NCBI GenBank assembly: GCA_035221665.1
Contig: CM069153.1
Coordinates: forward strand, 32,612,001-32,676,000
DNA from: Okamejei kenojei
Lineage: Eukaryota
Length of the DNA stretch: 64,000 nucleotides
Direction of reading: 5' to 3'
Part shown: piece by piece, positions 12,696-26,177 of the stretch
Layout of the letters: every line of letters begins with the position of its first letter
Position numbering within the stretch: the first letter of the stretch is position 1
The notes under the pieces: generated by a model
Database searches by the model: none
Told to the model about the DNA's origin: nothing
The model's input: only the letters and a program-made list of their open reading frames with translations
Made by a program: the position numbers and the translations under genes

Positions 12696-14060
12696 CCAAT
12701 TGTAGGAATGTGAAAATTATTCTCTCAAGCAGAGGTGAATTGTTGGAATCACCACACTGAGTTACAGACCCCATATCATTGTATATATTCAGGATTAAGA
12801 TAGACAGCTTGTTTGTCCATAAGTGAGTCAAGGACTACAGAGAAGAGGGAGGAAAGGGGAACTCAGTTGGGATCATAGCAACAGAAAGCCTTCTCTCCCT
12901 GGTTTTTATTTTTTATTTTTATTTTACGTTGCTTTGGTCTAAATTGCTTGTTCAGATGATGCAGATGTTAAAGAAGATATATAAATGTTGGATATTTCTT
13001 TCTATGTAAAGGACACATTATACTACCTTTCACAATGACACAGAGTGCAAATGTAGAAAATCGACTTCAAAGATGCTTTGCCTTATTGCTCCATTTCCCT
13101 CTGATTAAAGATCATGTTAGATTATACTTGGGGTTTACATCTGGCAGTGCATGTGATCTCTTCATTCTGCGGCGAGGCCCAAGCTAAATTTCTGTAGAGT
13201 TCCACATCACACAAGAAAATGATCTGGAATCAGAAATCGGGGACTTCTCCTTCTCACCAAACCTACAACAAAACTTATATAAATTGATGTTAAGAAGCGA
13301 TTCATTATTAATCACTATTAATCAATCAGGGATTACTATGAAACACCGTGGAAACAAAAATTAGACTTTCTACATTGGATAGCTAATTGGCAATGTCCAG
13401 TGGTTGGCAGTCATCATGTAATGTTTTTTGCTTTGGTTATGTAGCTTGGGCCCTCTTCTGCTCATATATATTATTGCATTAAGGTAAATGCTACGTGGGC
13501 CTGTATACTGTATAAGACTGTCCTCGGGTACCAGGCTCCATTTTTACACGCATCCACAAATTGATTTTGTCAATGTTGGAAAATACATAAAAATTACTTG
13601 ATATGATAACCATATCTCACCAGTAATGCAATGAAAGACGTAAGAAAGAACAATTACTAAAAGTGGAGAGAAAAAGGAAACTATTCCTGTCTTTCACAGC
13701 TATGACCATATACCGATACGATACGATAGAACTTCATTCATCCCCGGAGGGAAATTTGTCTGCCAATATGTACGCATATCAGTTACAATACTATCACAGG
13801 CCACACAATTCTCTCACGAAACCTCTCTGCCTCTCTCTCACCTGCTGTCTCTTCCTTGATGTACGCTTGACAGTCATTTGATCATGTAAATTGATATATC
13901 TCATTATGGATCAGTTGCAAATTTTGTTTATGTATCAACCCTGTGAGATGGCTTGCTACATTTTATCATGCTGAAGTTGTTGCACAAATATTCCTTCCTA
14001 AAAGCTTGCATGACACTAGTTCAAAGATGAGAAACGAAAGCCTCTTGTTAGGTCATTAAA

Positions 14061-15262
14061 CTAGTTTAGTTTTAGAAATACAGCATGGATATAGGGGGTT
14101 TGCACGTAAGGCCACTGGGTCATAGGGCTTGACGCACGGAGCCGCTCAATCCATCTGGAGGACATCCATAACTTCCCGTATATGTTATTAATGCAAGAAA
14201 CACACACTTTCCTACCTGTTAAAAACCGCCAAAATGTTGAATTTTTCCGCTGTAAACAAAATGTGGAAGTTGGGGTAAGCGTGAGAGACATGTACCCAAC
14301 TTCAAAATTCCAAAAGTGAAGCAAAATTGAAGGTAAAGAGAAGCGAGAGCTGAAGGGAAAACAGCAGCTAAAGTGCTTTGCGGACATTGGCCGCGCAGAT
14401 ATCGAAATTGAAAATATTGGGAGTTATCGCGTTTGCTCACTGCATTTCATCAACAGTAAGGCATTATTTGTGTTTTTTCTTGATTCCTTTGGTATCTAAA
14501 AAGTCAAAGAAGTGATAAATCTGGCTGTACATTTTGCTTCAGAGGCGTTTTCTTTTTGTATTGTCCCTATAGGCCCTTCAGCCCACTTGAGAACCATGGC
14601 GATTTTAAAATTTTACAGCCAGATTTATCACTTCTGAAACTTTTTAGATGCCAAAGGAATCAAGAAAAAACACAAATAATGCCTTAGTTGATGAAATGCA
14701 GTGAGCAAACGGCCAATGTTCATCAAGCACCTTGGCTGTTGTTGTCCCTTCAGCTCTCGCTTCTATCTACCGTCATTTCTCCTCACTTTTGGAATTCTGA
14801 AGTAGGCTAAATGTCTCTCACGCTTATCCCGATTTCCATACTTATATACAGCACAAAAATTGGCAATTTCGGCAGGTTTTAACGGGCCCGCTACGCTGGA
14901 AACAATGGTAAGTGCTTACCTGCAGTTCATCGCGTGTACTCCAGTTTGAGTGGCGTAGCAACAGTACGTGACCCGACTGCCGTGAAACCTCCCTATAGGC
15001 CCTTCAGCCCTCTGAATCCATGTCAGCCCATTCACATTAGTACTATGTTATCCCATTTTCTACACCTTACACACTGGGCGCAATTTATAGAGGCCAATTA
15101 ACCAACAAACCTTCGGCTTGTGGGATGAAACCAGAGCTCCTGGAGGAAACCTACACTGTCACAGCAAGAATGTGCAAACGCACACACAGCCAACACCAGA
15201 GATCAGGATCGAACCTGGGTTTCTGGCACTGCGAGGCAGCAGATCTACCAGCTGCACTGCTA
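14061..15262 (-). mobile_element. V-SINE (HE1-like) interrupted by a MITE
   Basis: Tail tagtttagttt-agatacagc...ggcccttcagccc is split by the MITE. tRNA-like head with B-box (ggatcgaacc) at ~15206-15216. Confidence 0.7.
14093..14994. mobile_element. Complete foldback MITE (PIF/ISL2EU-like)
   Basis: Termini AGGGGGTTTGCACG...CGTGAAACCTCCCT, with AT on both flanks (14091-92 and 14995-96) and long internal inverted repeats. Second copy at 2323. Confidence 0.8.
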
Positions 15263-15684
15263 AACCACCCTGAAATGGCTTCCTCTCCCCTCAGATGCTG
15301 CCAGACCTCTTTACTGTATCCAGCATTTTCTGTTTCTATTTCAGATTTATACCATCTACAATATTTTGTTTTTGCATTCATTGGCTCCTCACTGCTTATT
15401 CATCACCTGGAAACAGATGGAATAATTTAGATAAATCTCTTCACTGCCCACTCTTTAGAGGCCTTTAATAATCTCTGGGCGACCCCAGGAGTTACAGAAA
15501 TGTGCAAACTCTATCATGCAGGCTCACAACTACCCATGTGTGTGAACATTCAAACAAGGCATAGATCAGAATCGGCCACTGGAAAGTGTCCTTAGTGTGG
15601 AAATAGGTTGTAGAATTGTGGGAGTGGGAATGAGGGGCAAATAAAATGGGTTGGGGTAGGCGTAGTGTAAAAATGGGTGATTCA

Positions 15685-17120
15685 GATTCAGATTAATTTA
15701 TAATCATACACATCAGGGTGCAATAAAATTCCTTGTTTGCACAAAGCTTACAGAATAAATATAGATCATGCTAATGATAGAACAGTAAGTACAACATCCA
15801 ATGCAAAACTGCTAGAATGATGCAATGATTGTAGCACAAGTGTGAAGTTGTACAATAATGTAATAATCAAATGAGCAAGAGCTATGATTAAGAGTACCTG
15901 TCAGCATTTCCAGGAAGGGGATGCGAACGAGGTAATTGGTTCAGGAGTTGGATAACAATGGGGGGGGGGAAAGCTGCTGTTAAGTCTAGTTGATTGACTG
16001 AGCTTTCAAGCTCATGTGTCTTCTCCCAGAGAGCAGAAGAGAGAAAAGAGAATGGCAGTATCCTTGACAATGCTTCCAGCCTTCCTGATGCACCACACCC
16101 TGAAGATGGACAGGGTGAAAGGAAGAGACAAGCCTGTGATCGACTGGGCTGCTTTCATCACCGTATGCAGGTCCAGGCAATTAAGAGCAGAACAATTGCC
16201 ATGCCAGCTTGAGATGCATCCTGTCAAAATGCTTTCCATTGATCATCTGTGGAAGTTCAACAAAAATCCTCGTGGACATGCCAAATTTTCCCAGAAGAAA
16301 GCAATTTTTCTGATGCGCTTTCTTGATCATTTCTACAGCAGCTTCTTTGATGAGGACAGACCTGTGTTCACCTCCTCACTTCGATCAACAGCCAACTCTT
16401 TTGTTTGCACACGTTAAGGCCTAGAATGTTCTGCTGTCATGAAACAAAGTTCTCAATCTCTTTTTTTGTACTTCTTTTCAGCATTGTTGATCTGGCCAAC
16501 AAGAGTGGTATGAACGACAAATTTAGCTTTCAGGTTGGAGGGAAACAGTTTAAAGTAGATATGCAGGACTATTTTTTTTTACAAAGAGTGTGATTTGTAC
16601 CTGTAATATGCTGCCAAGGATATTAGTGGAAACAGACACGATGGTGGCATTTATGGGACTTTTAGATAGGCATGTGATTATACAGAGCATATAGACTGCC
16701 TGTTTGACAGATACATGAAGGATGTTTGCTCATGAGGAAGTCCAGAAGCCAGTTGCAGATGAAGGCCCTATAGCCATGGTCCAGGAGTTTAGAGATGAGC
16801 TGATTCAGTATTATGATGTTGAACGCTGAGCTGTGGTTCATCAATGGCATCCTGACAAAGGTGTTCTTATTGTCAAGATGATCCAAAGTTGAATGTAATG
16901 CAAGGGAGATGGTGTCCTCAGTAAACCTTTTTTTTTTTGCTGTATGCAAATGCAAAGGATCTGGATTGTCTTGGAGACTAGCACTAATGTGGGCTTTTAC
17001 CAGCCTTTCAAAGCACTTCATTATGATTAATGTTGGAGCAACTGGGCAGTAGTCATTGCGACAGGTCACTTTACTTTTCTTGGGAGCTAGAATGATGGAG
17101 CTACTATCTACCTCATTGGA
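15685..17120 (-). mobile_element. Decayed Rex1/Babar LINE with a nested CR1 fragment (~16520-16710)
   Basis: Minus-strand ORF remnants NDYCPVAPT.IIMKCFERLV, TEDTISLALH..L.HLDNKNTFVRM and ESILTGCI..WHGNC. Confidence 0.8.
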
Positions 17121-17315
17121 GACCCTCAAACTATCTTTTATTGGACTTTACTGGACTTTATCTTGCACTAAATGTTATTCCCTGTATCCTATATCTGTAC
17201 ACTGAGGACAGCACGATTGTAATCATGTATAGAATTTCCGCTGACTGGATAGCATACGGCAAAAATCTTTTCACTGTACCTTGGTAAATGTGACAATAAA
17301 CGAAACTAACCAACT
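17110..17315 (+). mobile_element. Rex1-type 3' UTR fragment
   Basis: ttttcactgtaccttggtaaatgtgacaataaac tail, similar to 41350-41500. Confidence 0.65.
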
Positions 17316-18234
17316 AACTGGTTAGAAGGAGATGGGGGGAAAAGAGGAAGTGGAACAGATGCAGTTTAGAGCGCTGTTAGATCCAATGGAAGCCAAAAGG
17401 ATGAAAAATCAGAACCATTGGCTTGGAAGGTGGCATCATCAGCCTGGCAACAGATAAACGGAGAGAACAGAATGGTATCATTACAAGAAACAGACTGGTG
17501 GGGAGTATGCGTGTGCGTCTGCGGCTTGTGATGGAGGGCAGTTTGTTTATTAGACATGTACAGGTAGTAGTTTGTGCCGAATGATATTGCCCTAGAGCTG
17601 CCACTGAGGTTCATGAGGGAAGTCAGAATCTAACCAATTGCAATATCACAATGTGTAGGCATTCCATCACTCAAAGAGAGTGAGCAGTCCGGGTCCAAGT
17701 CCCCATCGTTAAAAGTTTCAGCTATAGTTGTGTGAAGAATTTACCACTCATACTTCATTATAGAAAATGCTTCTATTAAGCATCGGCATGAAAGCCTATT
17801 TTGCTCTGAGTGATGGCAGATGGAGTTATTCCCTGTGGAAAACACAATCAAATTCGCATTGTGCCTCCATCTGGCCTTCCAAGGCAGCCGTTGCAGGGTT
17901 GTTTATGGACTGCAAACAGTTCATTGTACAAGTTTTACATTGATCCTGTCGAATGTTTAGCTACCCTATTCAATCTAACCTACACCCATGCTTCGTAAAG
18001 GAATAAAGCAGCTCTTTTTTCCCCGTATGGAATGAAAGATGCATAGAGATCCATAAAGGTTAAATGTGATAAAGGATTTTAATCTCTTTTTTGTGGTTAT
18101 GCAGAACAAGGGGAGGCCAATTCATTAGATCAGACGAGGCGAAACCCAATTAATTTTACTGCATTAGATTTATGCCTCTACTGATTACTGATTAACAGGG
18201 TAGTCTTTTGGAGAATATGGCACAGAGTTCTACT

Positions 18235-18430
18235 GGGTTCTGACCACGGGAAGAATGCTCGGCAAGTTGCTGGTAAGTCTTTGAATAATATTATGAGATC
18301 TTATCCAACCAGCCAAGAAGGAGGACAGGGCTTCAGTTTAAATAATGGACCTCCAATGTGTGCACTCCTTGGAACCTATTTGAAATGTTGGGATAAATGA
18401 TAAGTAGAGGCTTAAACCAATAACCACTGA
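18235..18430 (-). mobile_element. Ancient Deu-domain SINE remnant
   Basis: gagatcttatccaacc...acagggcttcagtttaa...acctccaatgtgtgcactcc resembles the recalled Deu consensus. Confidence 0.45.
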
Positions 18431-18592
18431 CATTCAACAAACATTGACACAACATTCCATGAAGTGGTGTATCTAGGTTAGTTATAATAAATAAACACAG
18501 CAAAATTAACCTAGTGAGCCACATGAACAAAATCAAGACATTTTAGATAGGATCAAAGAACAGTGGAATTATAGATTGAAGTGGATCATAGA

Positions 18593-19230
18593 AACAGAAA
18601 CATAGAAATTAGGTGCAGGTGTAGGCCATTCGGCCCTTCGAGCCTGCACAGCCATTCAATATGATCATGGCTGATCATCCAACTCAGTATCCCGTACCTG
18701 CCTTCTCTCCTTACCCCCTTATCCCCTTAGCCACAAGGGCCACATCTAACTCCCTCTTAAATATAGCCAATGAACTGGCCTCAACTACCCTCTGTGGCAG
18801 AGAGTTCCAGAGACTCACCACTCTCTGTGTGAAAAAAGTCTTTCTCATCTCAGTCTTAAAGGATTTCCCCCTTATCCTTAAGCTGTGACCCCTTGTCCTG
18901 GACTTCCCCACATCGGGAACAATCTTCCTGCATCTAGCCTGTCCAACTCCTTAAGAATTTTGTAAGTTTCTATAAGATCCCCTCTCAATCTCCTATATTC
19001 TAGAGAGTATAAACCGAGTCTAACCAGTCTTTCTTCATAAGACAGTCCTGACATCCCAGGAATCAGTCTGGTGAACCTTCTCTGCACTCTCTCTATGGCA
19101 ATAATGTCCTTCCTCAGATTTGGAGACCAGAACTGTACGCAAAACTCCAGGTGTGGTCTCACCAAGACCCTGTACAACTGAAGTAGAACCTCCCTGCTCC
19201 TATACTCAAATCCTTTTGCTATGAAAGCTA
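18593..19230 (-). mobile_element. CR1 family B 3' fragment with 8-bp TSD
   Basis: ORFs [15 protein letters not shown] and [26 protein letters not shown] atcataga at 18585-18592 and 19231-19238. Confidence 0.9.
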
Positions 19231-19624
19231 ATCATAGAGGAACATCACGGTTAGAGTGGAACCACGGATTGAATTGAGATTGCACAGAAGTAGATCATGG
19301 ATTTATGGGATCACAGCTGAAGTAAATCACTGATAAAACAACTGCCAGAGGAAATGAAAAGATGAGGAAGCATCTGTGGAGGGCAAAGTACATCTGTCGA
19401 GATCCTGCATTAGGTCCTGATGCATAATCTGTGTCCAAAATGTTGACCATTCCTTTGCCTCCACAGATGCTGCCTGATCTGCTAAGTTCCTTTTTTGGCT
19501 CCAAATTCCTGCATCTGCAGTCTTCCTCGGATAAAAGTAAAATCATAGACTGGGCAGAGATCAACGTTCTCGCTGGTAGGCATCATGCAAAATGGTATGT
19601 GCTGCTGGAGTAGCCAAGGTCAAC

Positions 19625-22332
19625 AAGGTAGAATTGGAGGGACCAGAGGTGGAGGTGTTGCATTGCTTGTCAGAGAAGATATTACAGCAGTGCTTTGGCA
19701 GGATAGATTAGAGGGCTCGTCTAGGGAGGCTATTTGGGTGGAACTGAGAAGTGGGAACGGTGTAGCAACACTTTTAGGGGTGTACTATAGACTGCCAAAT
19801 GGGGAGCGAGAATTGGAAGAGCAAATATGTAAGGAGATAGCAGATATTAGTGGTAAGCACAAGGTAGTGATTGTGGGAGATTTCAATTTTCCAAAAATAG
19901 ACTGGGAAACACATTCTGTAAATGGGCTGGATGGTTTGGAGTGTGTAAAATGTGTGCAGGATAGTTTTTTGCAGCAGTACATAGAGGTATCGACCAGAGA
20001 AGGGGCAGTGCTGGACCTCCTGTTAGGAAATGAGGCAGGTCAGGTGACAGAGGTATGCGTTGGTGAGCACTTCGGGACCAGTGATCACAATACCATTAGT
20101 TTCAATATAATTATGGAGAGAGTCAGAACTGGACCTAGGGTGGAGATTTTTGATTGGAGAAAGGCTAACTTTGAGGGAATGCGTAAGGATTTTAAAGGAG
20201 TGAATTGGGACACTTTGTTTCATGGGAAGGATGTAGAAGAGAAATGGAGGACATTTAAAGGGGAAATTGTAAGAGTACAGAATCTTTATGTCCCTGTTAG
20301 GTTGAAAGGAAATAGTAAAAATTTGAAAGAGCCATGGTTTTCAAGGGAAATTGGACATGTTTTCGAAAAAAGAGAGATATCTACAATAATTATAGGAGGC
20401 ATGGAGTAAATGAGGTGCTAGAGGAGTATAAAGAATGTAAAAAGAATCTTAAGAAAGAAATTAGGAAGGCTAAAAGAAGATATGAGGTTGCTTTGGCAAG
20501 AAAGGTGAAAGTAAATCCAAAGGGTTTCTACAGCTATATTAATAGCAAAAGGATAACGAGGGATAAAATTGGACCATTAGAGAACCAGAATGGACAGCTA
20601 TCTGCAGAGCCAAAAGAGATGGGGGAGATATTGAACAATTTCTTTTCTTCGATATTCACCAAGGAGAAGGATATTGAACACTGTGAGTTAAGGGAAAAAA
20701 GTAGAGTAGCTATGGAAACTATGAGATTCAAAGAGGAGGAAGTACTGACACTTTTGAAAAATATAAAAGTGGATAAGTCTCCAGGTCCTGACAGGATATT
20801 CCCTAGGACATTGAGGGAAGTTAGTGTAGAAATAGCAGGAGCTATGACAGAAATATTTCAAATGTCATTAGAAACGGGAATAGTGCCGGAGGATTGGCGT
20901 ACTGCGCATGTTTATTCCATTGTTTAAAAAGGGTTCAAAGAAGAAACCTAGCAATTATAGACCTATTAGTTTGACGTCAGTGGTGGGCAAATTAATGGAA
21001 AGGATACTTAGAGATAATATATATAAGGCATCTGGATAAACAGGGTCTGATCAGGAACAGTCAACATGTATTTGTGCCTGGAAGGTCATTTTTGACAAAC
21101 CTTCTTGAATTTTTTGAAGCGGTAACTAGGGAAATTGATGAGGGTAAAGCAGTGGATGTTGTCTATATGGATTTCAGTAAGGCCTTTGACAAGGTTCCCC
21201 ATGGAAGGTTGGTTAAGAAGGTTCAATCTTTGGGTGTTAATGGCGGAGTAGCAAGATGGATTCAACAGTGGCTGAATGGGAGATGTCAGAGAGTAATGGT
21301 GGATGGCTGTTTGTCAGGTTGGAAGCCGGTGACCAGTGGGGTGCCTCAGGGATCTGTGTTGGGTCCACTGTTGTTTGTCATGTACATCAATGAATGATGG
21401 GGTGGTAAATTGGATAAGTAAGATAGGTGGTGTTGTGGATAATGAAGTAGATTTTCAAAGTCTACAGAGAGATTTGGGCCATTTGGAAAAGTGGGCTGAA
21501 AGATGGCAGATGGAGTTTAATGCTGTTAAGTGTGAAGTGTGACATCTTGGCAGGACAAATCAAAATAGGACGTATATGGTAAATGGTAGGGAATTGAGGA
21601 ATGCTGTGGAACAGAGGGATCTAGGAATAACTGTGCATAGTTCCCTGAAGGTGGAATCGCATGTAGATAGGGTGGTAAAGAAAGCCTTTGGTGTGCTGGC
21701 CTTTATAAATCAGAGCATTGAATATAGGAGTAGGGAAGTAATGTTAAAATTGTACAAGGCATTGGTAAGACCAATTCTGGAGTATGGTGTACAATTTTGG
21801 TCGCCTAATTATAGGAAGGATGTCAACAAAATAGATAGAGTACAGAGGAGATTTACTAGAATGTTGCCAGGGTTCCAGCAACTATGTTACAGAGAAAGGT
21901 TGAAGAAGTTAGGTCTTTATTCTTTGGAGCGCAGAAGGTTAAGGGGGGACTTGATTGAGGTCTTTAAAATGATAAAAGGGATTGACAGAGTTGACGTGGA
22001 TAAGTTTTTCCCATTGAGGGTAGGGAATATTCAAACAAGAGGGCATGACATGAGAATTAAGGGACAGAAGTTTAGGGGTAACGTGAGGGGGAACTTCTTT
22101 ACTCAGAGGGTGGTGGCTGTGTGGAATGAGCTTCCAGCAGAAGTGGTGGAGGCAGGATCGATTTTAACATTTAAAAGTAAAGTGGATAGGTATATGGACG
22201 TGAAGGTGATGGAGTGGTATGGTCTGAGTGCGGGTAGATGGGGCTAGGGGAAAACAAATGGTCGGCACGGACTGGAAGAGCCGAGAGGGCCTGTTTCCGT
22301 GCTGTAATTGTTATATTGTTATATTGTTATAT
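19625..22332 (+). mobile_element. CR1 family A LINE, 5'-truncated, frameshifted ORF2 (APE + RT)
   Basis: GGGVALLV, GDFNFP, SDHN (APE) and [30 protein letters not shown] (RT). Tail (attgttat)n. Confidence 0.95.
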
Positions 22333-22371
22333 CTGCAGGGAAATGTGTTCAGTGCCTACTGATGGGCTTTA

Positions 22372-22690
22372 CTTAGTCTCTTGCCCAGAGTAGGTGAATT
22401 GAGGACCAGAGGACATAAATTTAAGGTGTTGGGGGAAAGATTTAATAGGAATCTGAGGGGTAACTTTATCACAGAAAGGGTGGTGGGTGCATGGAACGAG
22501 CTGCCAGAGGAGATAGTTGAGGCAGGGATTATCCCAACATTAAAAAAAAACAGACAGGTACATGGATAGGACTGGTTTGGAGGGATATGGACCAAATGTG
22601 GGCAGGTGGGACTAGTGTAGCTGGGATATGTTGGCCGGTGGGGCAAGTTGGGCCTAAGGGCCTGTTTCCACACTGTATCACTCTACGACT
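22372..22690 (+). mobile_element. CR1 (HER1-like) 3' fragment whose tail resembles the V-SINE tail
   Basis: RTRGHKFKV.GERF..NLRGNF.TERVVGAWNELP, ending gggcctgtttccacactgtatcactcta. Confidence 0.8.
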
Positions 22691-22739
22691 CAAAGGGTTG
22701 TGTACTTTTCGTCATAGATGGAATTAATATTTAGGTTGC

Positions 22740-25030
22740 ATTCTTGATGATGCACTTATCAAAGCAAGTGGAGAATATTTCACCCACTACTGACTTGAGC
22801 TTTGTAGAAGGAAAGATGTTTGTGTACATGGAAGGATATAATTTATCCCGGGATATCTAGCCTTTCCCCTGCACTTGTACCTATAGTATTTGTATTATTA
22901 TATGTACTTGTAGCTATACCAATTTGTACCATGTTTCTGATTAATGATGACTTCCCAGAAAGCTGATTGTGGTAATGCCGCAGAATGCCAAAGGTAGGCA
23001 GTTAGACTCTCTCTTGATAGTTACAGCCTTGTCCTTCTATGGTGTGAATGTTACCTGTCACTCAAAAACCCATGCCTGAATGAATTCAAAAGAGAGTTAG
23101 ATAAAGCTCTTAGGCCTAGCGGAATCAAGGGGTATGGGGAAAAGGCTGGAACGGGGTACGGATTGTGGATGATCAGCCATGATCACATTGAATGGCGTTG
23201 CTGGCTCGAAGGGCCGAATGGCCTACTCCTGCACCTATTGTCTATGTATCTACATATCTATGTATCTTGCTGAATGCATGTTTCATTTTCTGTCAGGTTC
23301 CAAATGGAACTTTCATCAATGATCAGCGAATGTCTCTATTCTGTTCTTATGATGGAAGGAACATCACTGATGAACTAGCTGAAGATTGGTGGAAGTATGA
23401 CTGGCCTGTATATCCTAAAGTAGGGATGAATAACCTCCAACAAGCATAACCATCTCCTTTGTGCACATTAGCACCACAGACGAGGCAGGGAACAGGGAGA
23501 GGGAAAAAGTTTCCCTTATTGTCAATTGAAAGTAATTTTACCAGGGGTCAAATATAACACTCTCACTGCACCTTTGATATTCAGCTCCTCAGGAAATGCT
23601 TGAGCTGGGACTATAATCAGGTGTGGTGTAGGGTGGGCTCGTCAAAACCCAGCCAGATTGCATTTATTATTTCACAGATTGTAATGCAGGAGCCTCTGTC
23701 AAGACAAACTTTTTTTGTCCATCAATAATTACCTTGAGAAGGTGGTGATGAGCTGCCTTGTTGAACAGTCCTGGTGAACGTACCCCCATAGTGCTGTTGG
23801 GTAGGGAGTTCCAGGATCTTGATGCAGCAATGTTATATTTCTAGGTCAGGATGGCGTGCCAATTGCAGGGAAGCCTACAGGTGGTGGCGTTGCATGTGCA
23901 TGCCACGTTGTACTTTTTGACACAGAGGTCACAGGCTTGGAAGAAACTGTCAGACCTGTGCAAGTGAGGAACTGCTGTGAATTTTGTAGCCAAGTTGGCC
24001 GTGGGATAAGGAAAATAGGATGTTGGATGGGCAACCAACCAAGTCAATTGTTGTATCCGGGATTGTGTCAAAGCATTCATTGTTGTGAGAACGTTGTTGG
24101 AGCTGCACTGATACTCACCTCCTCACACCCAAAGCCCTTCATTGGCAAAACACGTCAAAAGAGGGAAGAATTATCTCCCACATGGATGATCAGATGATCA
24201 TATTGAATGGCGGTGCAGGCTTGAAGGGCTGAATGGCCTACTCCTGCACCTAATTTCTATGTTTCTATGTTTCTATGTTTCATCCAGCCATGTGGGAGAG
24301 TAATTCTTCCCTCTTTTGACGTGTTTTGCCAATGGTGGAAGGACTTTGGGTGTGAGGAGGTGAGTATCATTGCGGGATACACAACGTTTGATTGCTACGG
24401 TGATCTTGGTACTTTTGTGGCTGGTCCACTTGCATCAATGATGGCTGCCAGGATGTTCTTGGACTCTCTAATGCCAGAAAATGACTATATATTTTTTAAT
24501 TTATTCAAGGGACATGAGCCTCGCAGGCTGAGACAGTATTCAATTGCGCAGTTGCCACCTTCACATCACTAGAATGAAAAACAACAGTAATTGTCTCGTA
24601 CTTTATGTACAAATGTTATATGAGTCTTATCAGCCCATGTCAGAAAGTTGGCAGGTCATGCTATAAGCTCTGCAACTATAGAAGTGTTTCCACGTGATCC
24701 CATTGACTTTAGTATTTCTTTCATGGGTGTCAACATTTGTTTTGAGTCTATCCCAATGAACACATTGCAATGGAGAGTGTTTTTCAGTGTGAAGACAGGA
24801 CTCTGTCTGCACATAGACTGCGCAGTGGTCACACTTACCAGTGCTATTATTGACAGGTGCATCTGCTACAGGGGATCAGTAAGGATGAAGTTGTAAGGTT
24901 ATCCCTCATGTTGTTTCACCAGCTAGCAGCTGTAGCCTTTGGTATTCAGCCAGCTTGTCGGTGGAGCTGTTCCATACGGTCAGGCCTTGCAGTTTGCTTG
25001 CAAAGTACAACTGGTTTTGTAGTGCTTTGG
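22740..25030 (-). mobile_element. Old fragmented CR1-group LINE with nested CR1-B tails (~23080-23265, ~24180-24280)
   Basis: ccttgagaaggtggtgatgagctgcc...gggagttccaggatcttga pattern recalled from elasmobranch LINEs. Highly decayed. Confidence 0.5.
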
Positions 25031-26038
25031 TGTTTTATAACTTCAGGCTGAAAATCTTATGGGAAAATGTGTCGGAAAACCAGGATGGTTGTTAATCTTT
25101 TACAACTGGCAAAACAGATGTCAAGAAAGACGCTCCACAGTGGCCATCTTTGAACTTCAGCCTGCCTGCCTCAAGCACAACGCACCAGCTCTTGGATCCC
25201 CCATCTTCCCCGTGCTCTTTTCACCCTCTCTCTCTCTCCACCTCTCTCGATCTCAATCCACTTTGCTTTTCATCCTTTTTGTTTCTCTTGAACCTATATT
25301 GGATATGAACCCATCTTTTTTGCTGCTTACTCCTATCTCCTTATAATTTGTCATCCAGAAAAAGCTAGTTGTATTATAGAATTATAGAGCAATTGGCCCA
25401 TTTTGTTGACCTCAATCATCTGTTTACACTAATGGTACCTTAACCCAATTTATTTTCCCCGCACTTTCTATTAACTCCCCCAGATTCTACCACTCATCTA
25501 CACACGAGGGGGAATTATTTAGTGCCGTATTAACCTGCCAACCCTGTATTTTTGGGATATGGAAGGGTCCTGGAAAATCTGGAGAAAATCCATAGTCACA
25601 GGGCGAACGTATAACCACCACACGGCACCTGAGATCAGGATCAAATCAAAGTCATTGGGCGTCTGAGGTAGCAGCTCAGCAAACTTTGTCTGCATCTTAT
25701 TATGTAAGATTAGCAGTTGTAACTAAGCAACTGTTATTTGGCAGTGCTGGGGCAATGGGAAATCAGGGGTATACAACAGAACAGGATTGGAGAAATGTAG
25801 ATGCAATTGTCGGTTTATGGGACTGGAGCATGTTGCAGATATAGGGGTAAGTCAGCAGACTTTTGAATCTAATGAGTGTATTGAGCTATAATATTAAAGG
25901 TTATTAAGGCAAGGTATTTTCCATTTGGCCATTCAACAATATCAGTATTAAAGTGGAGGGTTCTGTTTTTTGTAGAGGTACTGTCCAGTACCAATTGTAC
26001 TAACGAAGCTCTGACATTGAATGATCATGTTTATTGAA

Positions 26039-26177
26039 GTCAAACAGTCTGAAGAAGGGTCTCGACCCAAAACAACACCTATTCCTTCGCTCCATAGATG
26101 CTGCTTCACCCGCTTAGTTTCTCCTGCATTTTTGTCTAATGTCGATTTTTCCAGCATCTGCATTTCTTTCCTAAACA
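26039..26177 (+). mobile_element. Penelope-like terminal fragment with a hammerhead-like core
   Basis: ctgaagaagggtctcgacccaaaac. TSD atgtttattgaa (26027-26038) / atgtttgttgaa (26178-26189). Confidence 0.8.

Noticed and set aside
15685-17315. Twin-priming 5' inversion of one Rex element
   Set aside because: Both oppositely oriented pieces have their own 3' tails, so two independent insertions is the simpler explanation.
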